A stretch of 64,000 bases of DNA, from positions 14,683-78,682 of IMG/VR virus record IMGVR_UViG_3300010376_002108. One strand, given 5' to 3'. Below, in pieces: positions 57,521-64,000 of the stretch. The notes below the pieces were generated by a model. That model had not been told where the DNA came from. It saw only the letters and a list, made by a program, of their open reading frames with translations, and searched no databases. Each line of letters begins with the position of its first letter. The stretch's first letter is position 1. The stretch comes from a virus (lineage: Duplodnaviria > Caudoviricetes). Both the position numbers and the translations under genes were made by a program.

Positions 57521-58385
57521 CCCGGCCGGGCGTAAGGATCCGCCGGACTGGGGGCTGGTAGACGCGATCCCCGGCCTGGTCGCGGCGGCCGACGGGGGCG
57601 GCCTGCGGTGGGATGAGCTGGCGCGGGCGGTGGAGCGCTCGGAGGGTGACAAGTCGTTCCGCACGTCGGTGTTCGTGTGCTACCGGCGCGGCCTGGTGGA
57701 CCTGCTGCGCGGGTACGTGGTCGCGCCCCCGCTGTCCGAGGCCGGCCTGGCGGCTGCCGATGATGCCCAGGCGCGGGCGGAGCTGACCGTGGCCGCGCAC
57801 AGCATGGGCCGGCCAGGCGCACGGCTGAACCGGCGCCGGCCCTACCCGACGGTGATCGTCGCCCTGGATGACCGGCAGCACGCCTACGCGGCCCGGATCG
57901 CCCGGCAGCGGCAGGCGACCGCCCCCGCGAACCAGGCGCACGGCTGCACCGGCGGCCTGGCCGAGCACCTGCTGGGCGCGTGCGGCGAGATGGCGTTCGG
58001 CGCGTGGCTGCACCACGGCGGCCCGTTTGAGCTTTCGGTTGGCACCTACCGCAGCCAGCCCGACCTGGCCGGGTGCGAGGTGCGGACCCGGGGGGCCGGG
58101 CACTGGGATCTGCTGATCCGCGACGACGACGACCCGGCGCTGCCGTACGTGCTGGTCGTGCCGTACGGGTCGGGTGGGCGGAAGTGGCGGCTGCCGGGCT
58201 GGTGCTGGGGGCACGAGGCGCGCCGCGCGGAGTGGACGGCGCATCACGGCGGCCGGGAGGATGCGTGGTTCGTGCCGCAGGCCGGGTTGCGGCCGATGCC
58301 CGAGCTGGCGGAGCGGATCGCCTGCGCCAACGGCGAACTGGCTGTCGGTGACCCGGGCTACCATGCGGCTGCGGAGGGGAAGTGA
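57513..58385 (+). CDS. Hypothetical protein, possible restriction-endonuclease-like fold
   Basis: GACGEMAF..PD..CEVRT..YVLV..GW. Confidence 0.45.
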   Translation: MSNPAGRKDPPDWGLVDAIPGLVAAADGGGLRWDELARAVERSEGDKSFRTSVFVCYRRGLVDLLRGYVVAPPLSEAGLAAADDAQARAELTVAAHSMGRPGARLNRRRPYPTVIVALDDRQHAYAARIARQRQATAPANQAHGCTGGLAEHLLGACGEMAFGAWLHHGGPFELSVGTYRSQPDLAGCEVRTRGAGHWDLLIRDDDDPALPYVLVVPYGSGGRKWRLPGWCWGHEARRAEWTAHHGGREDAWFVPQAGLRPMPELAERIACANGELAVGDPGYHAAAEGK

Positions 58386-58389
58386 TCAC

Positions 58390-58572
58390 ATGCGCCGTGT
58401 CGTGATCGTCAAGCATCCGTCGGGCCGACAGGAGGGCTGGCTGATGCCCGAGCGCACCAGCCAGAAGCGGGCCGAGGGATTCGGCAAGCGGGTGCACCCG
58501 TGGCCGGATTCGGTGTTCGTGGTGGAGGTGGCCGAGGTGGCGGAGGCCGAGCTGGCGGGGATCGCGTCGTGA
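58390..58572 (+). CDS. Small hypothetical protein
   Basis: ORF chain. Confidence 0.5.
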   Translation: MRRVVIVKHPSGRQEGWLMPERTSQKRAEGFGKRVHPWPDSVFVVEVAEVAEAELAGIAS

Positions 58573-59156
58573 GGATCGTCGGCCTGGACCCGTCGCTGAC
58601 ATCGTTCGGCGGCGCGCAGGCCCGCTGGGATCTGGACGCCGCCGGGCCGCACCTGACGACGTGGCGGCTGACCCCGACGCTGCGCGGCCACGAGCGGCTG
58701 GCGTTCCTGCTGGCCGACGTGGCCGAGCGGTGCGCGGGCGCGGACCTGGTCGTGCTGGAGGGCGTGTTCACCTCGCCGCTGACCGCCGGAACGGCAATGG
58801 AGCTGTCCGGCCTGTCATGGCTGGTGCGGCACCTGCTGTGGGAGATGAGCGCGCCGTACGCGGTGGTGGCTCCGATGACGCTGAAAAAGTGGGCGACGGG
58901 GAACGCCCAGGCGGACAAGGTGGCGATGGCGACGGAGGCGGTGCGCCGGTTCCCGGCGGTGACCGAGCACATCACCGGCGATGAGGCGGACGCGCTGTGG
59001 GCGTGCGCGGCCGGGTGCTGGCATGCCGGGTACCCGCTGGCGGCGGCGCCGAAAGACCGGGTGGCGGCGTTGTACGCGGTGGAGAAGTCGGGGCGGAAGC
59101 GCGGCCGGCCGAAGGTGGGGTGGCCGTTCCCGCCGGCGGCCGAGCTGGTGTCGTGA
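58569..59156 (+). CDS. RuvC-like Holliday junction resolvase
   Basis: IVGLDPSLT, VVLEG, LKKWATGNAQADK, DEADA. Confidence 0.85.
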   Translation: MRIVGLDPSLTSFGGAQARWDLDAAGPHLTTWRLTPTLRGHERLAFLLADVAERCAGADLVVLEGVFTSPLTAGTAMELSGLSWLVRHLLWEMSAPYAVVAPMTLKKWATGNAQADKVAMATEAVRRFPAVTEHITGDEADALWACAAGCWHAGYPLAAAPKDRVAALYAVEKSGRKRGRPKVGWPFPPAAELVS

Positions 59157-59367
59157 AGCGGTGCGGGTTCGCGTGGGCGTACGTGCCCGGGGACCGGCGC
59201 GTGCCGGTGCATGACGGCGGCCATGCGTGCGCCCGGCCGCCGGGGCATCCGGGCCGGTGCCAGTGTTTCTGCGGGGAGTGGCCGCCGGAGGGTCGGCTGT
59301 TCTGACCCGGGAATGGACGCGGCCTCTCCCGGTGCTATATAACAGTGTGTGGAGAGGAAGTGACACG

Positions 59368-60305
59368 ATGACTCACGACGAGTACGACAACCTGGCCCGC
59401 GCCAACGGCTGGACCGTCACCCGCGAGACGATCATGGGCATGGCCTGCGCGGTCTACCAGCGCGACCGCGAGGTGACCGTCTGGTGGCCGCAGCGCGCCG
59501 CCCTGCACGACGGGCGGCTCACCGACGACGACGTGGCCGGCATCCTGGCCGCCCCCCCGCGCCGTGAGACGCTGACCCAGGTCATCGAGGCGGACAAGGC
59601 CGGCATGATCGCGCACCTGTCCGTCATGCAGGCCGAGCGGATGATCCAGGCCCGGCGCGCGGGCACCCAGCGTGAGAGCCGCCGCCTGGTCAGCGAGGCG
59701 AACGGCATCGAGCTGGCCATTCACTCGCTGCACGCGTGGGACCACGTGGTGGTGGCGTGATGACCGCCCGGTGGACCGGCCAGCGCGGTGACGGCGCCCT
59801 GGTCGAGAAGACGCTACGCGACCGCCTGGCCGAGATAGCCGACCCGAACGGGCAGGTGGAATCGTTCCGGGCCAAGGCCCTGCTGCGCGGCTGGCTGCAC
59901 GTGGGCGTGCTGACCGAGGACATGTCCCGGTGGGACGCCGATAAGACCCTGGACCGGTTCTACCGGCAGGTGCTCGCCGCGCTGGGCAAGCTGACCGCTG
60001 ACGGCACGCTGATCAAGGCCGACCCGGATACCGGGTTCGGATCCGGTCGCGGGCGCGCCGCGACCTGGTACACCCCGGCCGGCTGGCAGGCCGCCCAGGA
60101 ACGCGAGCAGGCCGGGCGCGAGCAGGCCCGGCAGGTGGCGCGCGGCTGGCAGGACGTGCACGCGCGGCTGGCCGCGCTGGACCTGCACTCGGCGCGGGTG
60201 CCGTACCAGCATCCGAGGCTGAGCCCGGCGCAGTGGGCGGCGCTGCTGGATTCTGCGGAGGCGGGCGCTGAGGCGACCCGCATCGCGCTGGCCACGAGGG
60301 AATAG
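59368..60305 (+). CDS. Two hypothetical genes (59368-59760, 59760-60305)
   Basis: GGAGAGGAAG RBS and TATA-like box upstream. Confidence 0.6.
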
Positions 60306-60331
60306 ACGCTGTCGCTACCGTGTTGTATAGT
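60303..60331 (+). promoter_or_regulatory. sigma70-type promoter TAGACG-N17-TATAGT
   Basis: Read directly. Confidence 0.6.
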
Positions 60332-60380
60332 AGTAGACAGTTCGGGACACAAGGTCCCGATACGGAGAGGAAGCAAGCAG

Positions 60381-61691
60381 ATGACAACTACCGCAGACCG
60401 CCCCCTCGTCGGGGCGACGAGCGACGTCAACGCCGCTTTCGACGCCGAGAAGGGCAGCCAGATCCAGTTCATTCAGGACGCGCGGGAGCGCTACCAGAAG
60501 GACCTGGCCGCATTCGAGTCCGGTGAGGCGCAGGCCGCGCTGGACGCCGAAATCGCCCAGCGCGTCGCAGACGGCAAGATCGAGCTGATCGGCAACGGCC
60601 GGTACCGGGTCACCGACCCCGGCTCGTGGGACGTCAACGAAACCTTCCAGCTTCAGACCGCGCGCAAGCCGGGCGAGCTGTACCTGATCGAGCCCGAATC
60701 CGGCCTGGACTTCAACGAGGCCGGCGAGGCGCAGGGCCTTTTCGCGGAGCCGGAATGGCACAAGCTGGGCATCATCGCCCAGACGTCCGACATCACCGAG
60801 GCGGTCAAGCTGGCCGGCCTGGACTACGACGTGCTCCAGGTGCCCGTCACCTACACCGACCACAACGGCGTCCAGCACATCGACCCGCGTGCGTTTGAGA
60901 ACTTCCGCTCGGACACCGGCGCGCCGCTCGGCGTGGTGGGCAAGATTTACCAGCCCTTCCAGAACCGGACCGCCTTCCAGTTCCTCCAAGACCTGGTGGA
61001 CGACGACAAGGCGACCATCGCCGCAGCCGCTCCGCTGGACGGCGGGCGGCGCGTGTTCGTCACCGTCAAGTTGGCCGATGACGTGGTGCTGGACATCCCG
61101 GGACTGCCCGAGGGCGACCTGGTGCTGCCCTACGTCGCGGTGATCAACAGCCACGACGGGTCGGGCAAGATCAAGGCCATGGTGACGCCGTGGCGGGTCC
61201 GCTGCGGCAACACCGAGCGGTTCGCCGTGCGGGACGCGTGGACGTCCTGGGGCACCCGGCACACGTCGGGCGCTGAGGACCGGGTCGCGGAAGCGCAGCG
61301 GCAGCTAGGGCTCGCGGTCAAGTACCTGGGCCGCTTCAAGGACGAGGAAGAAATTCTCGCCCGCGCCGACCTGACCACCCGCGAGGCCAACAAGGTGCTG
61401 GCCGAGCTGGAGGCCGAGCTGTGGCCGCTGCCCGACGCGGTCGCGGAGGGGTCGCGCAAGCTGACCGCCCGAGAGAAGGGCACCCGGGACCGCCGTCACG
61501 GCCGGATCAAGGCCCGGTTCCGCGACGAGGCAGGCCAGGTCGGCTCCAGCCTGTACTCGGTGGAGCGGGCGTTCACCGGCGACCTGGACTGGGGCGTGCC
61601 GCGCAAGCTGCGCGGGGCCGCGATCCTAGAGGGCGCCGATGACGGGCGCAAGACCCAGGCGCACCGGCTGCTGATCCAGCGGACCCGGTGA
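60381..61691 (+). CDS. DUF932/DUF945-family phage/plasmid protein
   Basis: WHKLG..AGLDY..LGVVGKIYQPFQN..LDGGRRVF..NSHDGS..RVRCGNT..RHT. Confidence 0.8.
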   Translation: MTTTADRPLVGATSDVNAAFDAEKGSQIQFIQDARERYQKDLAAFESGEAQAALDAEIAQRVADGKIELIGNGRYRVTDPGSWDVNETFQLQTARKPGELYLIEPESGLDFNEAGEAQGLFAEPEWHKLGIIAQTSDITEAVKLAGLDYDVLQVPVTYTDHNGVQHIDPRAFENFRSDTGAPLGVVGKIYQPFQNRTAFQFLQDLVDDDKATIAAAAPLDGGRRVFVTVKLADDVVLDIPGLPEGDLVLPYVAVINSHDGSGKIKAMVTPWRVRCGNTERFAVRDAWTSWGTRHTSGAEDRVAEAQRQLGLAVKYLGRFKDEEEILARADLTTREANKVLAELEAELWPLPDAVAEGSRKLTAREKGTRDRRHGRIKARFRDEAGQVGSSLYSVERAFTGDLDWGVPRKLRGAAILEGADDGRKTQAHRLLIQRTR

Positions 61692-61817
61692 GCCTGGCCG
61701 GCCCGGGGCCGCGTGCCCCGGGCCGGGACCAACAACTGAATAGCCGGGCCACGGTACAGGGGAAAGTGCCGTGGCCCGGTGTCATACTGGAATCAGGAGA
61801 GGAAGCACGAGAAAGGG

Positions 61818-62477
61818 ATGACCCCAATGGCTGACAACCGGCTGCTGACCGCCGAGCAGGCGGCCGAGCTGACCGCCGACATTGACCGGGCCAACGCCCC
61901 GCCGCTGCCGCCCCGCGATCCGACGCCGGCCGAGCTACGCGCCGACGCCGACGCGTGGGACCAGGTGGCGGAGATGGCCACCAGCGCCCTGGACCGGCAG
62001 CTTGCGCGGGCCAAGGCCGACCGGCGCCGGGCTAAGGCCGACCGGCTGGAAGCCGGGCATCGGCACGGGCACTGGCGGCACCAGGGCGCCGCCCCCGGCC
62101 ATGAGGCCGTCCCCGCCGACGGGGCGTGCACGGCGTGCGGGCGCCCGCTGGTGTGGGTGAACGACCGCGCCCGGCGCGGCCGGTACGGTCCGGCCGGGCG
62201 TCCCGAGCCGGGGATCACGCCGTGGTCGGTGGTGCTGTACGCGTACGAGACACAGCGGAAGATGGACGCCGGGCAGCCGGTGGACGTGTACGACTTCCCG
62301 GTGCCTGTCAAGGCCGAACTGCGGCCAAACCCCAAGCCGAAAGGCCCCCGCCTGGTCAAGACCGACCTGTGGTCGGCCGCCGAGGTGGCCGCGTGGCGGC
62401 AGGCGGGCCGCCGCCCGTACACCGCGCCCACCCATCCGAGGGACGCGGCCACGGGACTGTTCGTGGAGGCACGCTGA
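61818..62477 (+). CDS. Protein with C-terminal AlpA/excisionase-like HTH
   Basis: DFPVP...LWSAAEVAAW. Confidence 0.5.
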   Translation: MTPMADNRLLTAEQAAELTADIDRANAPPLPPRDPTPAELRADADAWDQVAEMATSALDRQLARAKADRRRAKADRLEAGHRHGHWRHQGAAPGHEAVPADGACTACGRPLVWVNDRARRGRYGPAGRPEPGITPWSVVLYAYETQRKMDAGQPVDVYDFPVPVKAELRPNPKPKGPRLVKTDLWSAAEVAAWRQAGRRPYTAPTHPRDAATGLFVEAR

Positions 62478-64000
62478 TGCCCAAGGAAGTGTTTTCCGAT
62501 GGCAGCGCGGCGCGGATCGCCGGGCTGACCGCTCGGCTGAGCGCTGCGGTGGTCCGGGCCGAGGCCGCCGCCGACCGCGCCGACGCCGCCGCCGAGCGGG
62601 CCGAGCGGGCCGAGCGGGAGGCGCACATCGCCGCCGACCTGACCGCTGACGCCGCCGTGGCGGCCAACGACGAGGCAACCCCTGGGCAGAAGCGGCTGCT
62701 GTGGCAGGCGCAAGGTGACCGCGATGCGGTGGGCTGAGCGTGCTCGCCGCGTTGTGGCTAGGCGTCGTGACCGCCGCGCTGGCCTGGCTGGCATTAGGCC
62801 CGCTGCGCCGCCGGTGAAACCGCTGCCCCTGTGGGCGGCCCCGGCCGCCGCGACCGTGACCGTGCTCGCGGCTGCGGGGCTGGGCTGGGCGATAGGTGAC
62901 GGCTGGGTGGCCGGCTGGGCAGGCGCGTGCCTGGGCTGGGTCGCGGCCCGGTGGATGACCGCGTGGGCCCAGTCCCGGGAGCAGCCGAGCGGGATCCTGG
63001 TCGCGGACGCGGTACGCCGCTGGAAAGCCGCCAAACAGGAAGCCGCCCGCCACGCCGGGCCGCCGCCGGGGTTCGGCACCGAGCACGTCGCGCAGGTGGC
63101 CGCCGGGCTGACCGCGCTGCACCGGCAGTACCGGGCCGAGGCGTCCGGGCACGAGGAAATGCCCGGCACGCACTGGTGCGTGTGGTGTCATCAGGACGTG
63201 GAAGTCAACGAGCACGGCCTGCTCGCCGTCGTCGGCGGCGGCGCCCAGGCCACCCTGTGCCCGGGAAGGGACGAATGATGGCTACCCGGACCACGGTTGA
63301 GGTGACCGGCTACGACCTGACGTACACGACCAGGCTGGTGGTGTTCACGTGCGCGACGTGCGGGGTGCCGTTCGCCATTCCCGAGAAGCTGGAGCAGACC
63401 TGCCGCGAGCACCCTGACCAGGCGTTCTACTGTCCCAACGGCCACCAGAACATCTTCCCGGGCAAGTCCCGCGAAGACCTGGAGCGGGAGCTGAAATCGT
63501 GCCGGGTGCGGCTGCGCGCCGAAACCGACCAGCGGCAGGCGGCGGAGGCGGACGCTGAGCGGCAGCGGGCTGCGGCCCGGCGGCTGCGGCAGCGGGCCAA
63601 GGCGGGCGCGTGCCCGGCACCCGGCTGCAAGCGGTCGATCAGCTCGGGGCGGATGGCCCAGCACCTTGCGGCCAAGCACCCGGACTGGCACGCGTGATGG
63701 GCCTGGCGGTGGTGCTCGCCGTCGGCGGCCTGGCCCAGTGGGCGGGGCCGATCTGCTGCGCTGCGGCGCTGGGCGTGGCCGCCGTGGCGGGACTGCTGGC
63801 CGGGCTGGGCCGCCGTGGCTGACAACGACCCGGAGCTAACCGTCACGCACCCTTCCTGGGTGATGCCGGTGAACCTAGACGCTGACGGCACGCCGCTGAT
63901 CGCCGGCGACCGGTGCGTGGAAATCCGCCCCGGCGTGTGGATGCACCCGGACGCCGTCGCCATACAGGCGTTCATCGAGGCGGCGCTGCCCGATGGCTAA
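62477..64000 (+). CDS. Five hypothetical genes (62477-62737 coiled coil; 62724-63278 membrane; 63275-63697 Zn fingers; 63694-63822 membrane peptide; 63815-64000)
   Basis: Overlap chain; motifs as stated. Confidence 0.55.

Noticed and set aside
61818-62477. Evidence of temperate lifestyle from the excisionase-like HTH
   Set aside because: No integrase, att site or repressor in the window; this HTH class is widespread.
62588-62617. GCCGAGCGG x3 repeat
   Set aside because: Simple coding repeat (AER) in a coiled coil.
59-64000. Many long antisense and alternate-frame ORFs (e.g. 59-2398, 9189-10847, 23693-26449, 31208-33145, 43763-46156)
   Set aside because: Arg/Pro/Gly-rich shadow ORFs expected at very high GC, opposite well-supported genes.

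Overview
The whole window looks like one very GC-rich tailed-phage genome segment with a long-tailed, HK97-fold siphovirus-type gene set and a probable actinobacterial host. It starts inside the head-morphogenesis region. Terminase, portal, integrase, DNA polymerase, tRNA and CRISPR are not visible, so lifestyle cannot be called. Layout: (i) 1-5484, accessory head-region genes, including three tandem paralogous PI3/PI4-kinase-like (DRHxxN...ID[NH]) proteins, a shared small N-terminal domain that also occurs alone, and a repeated FNPRE.R.P.G..GGRW peptide; (ii) 5486-8530, prohead protease and major capsid; (iii) 9075-11619, glycosyltransferase/methyltransferase cassette; (iv) 13052-33651, virion appendage, head-tail and tail genes (TAC -1 frameshift, tape measure with NlpC/P60 and transglycosylase domains, GH26-like tail protein); (v) 33648-37647, lysis region; (vi) 37873-39833, a separately promoted LysM-Rpf plus GH12-like operon behind a structured leader; (vii) 40015-56007, leftward early genes (HAD, HNH, MazG-like, RecE/SSAP, Topo VI-A/Toprim-like); (viii) 56308-64000, rightward replication/recombination genes (HTH initiator with internal palindrome, primase Zn-domain, RuvC-like, DUF932). 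The best candidate for an undescribed system is the head-region array of kinase-like cargo proteins with shared tags. All family calls come from motifs recognised by eye; no searches were run. Most listed antisense and alternative-frame ORFs are high-GC artefacts, and many starts were re-called from RBS or gene overlap.
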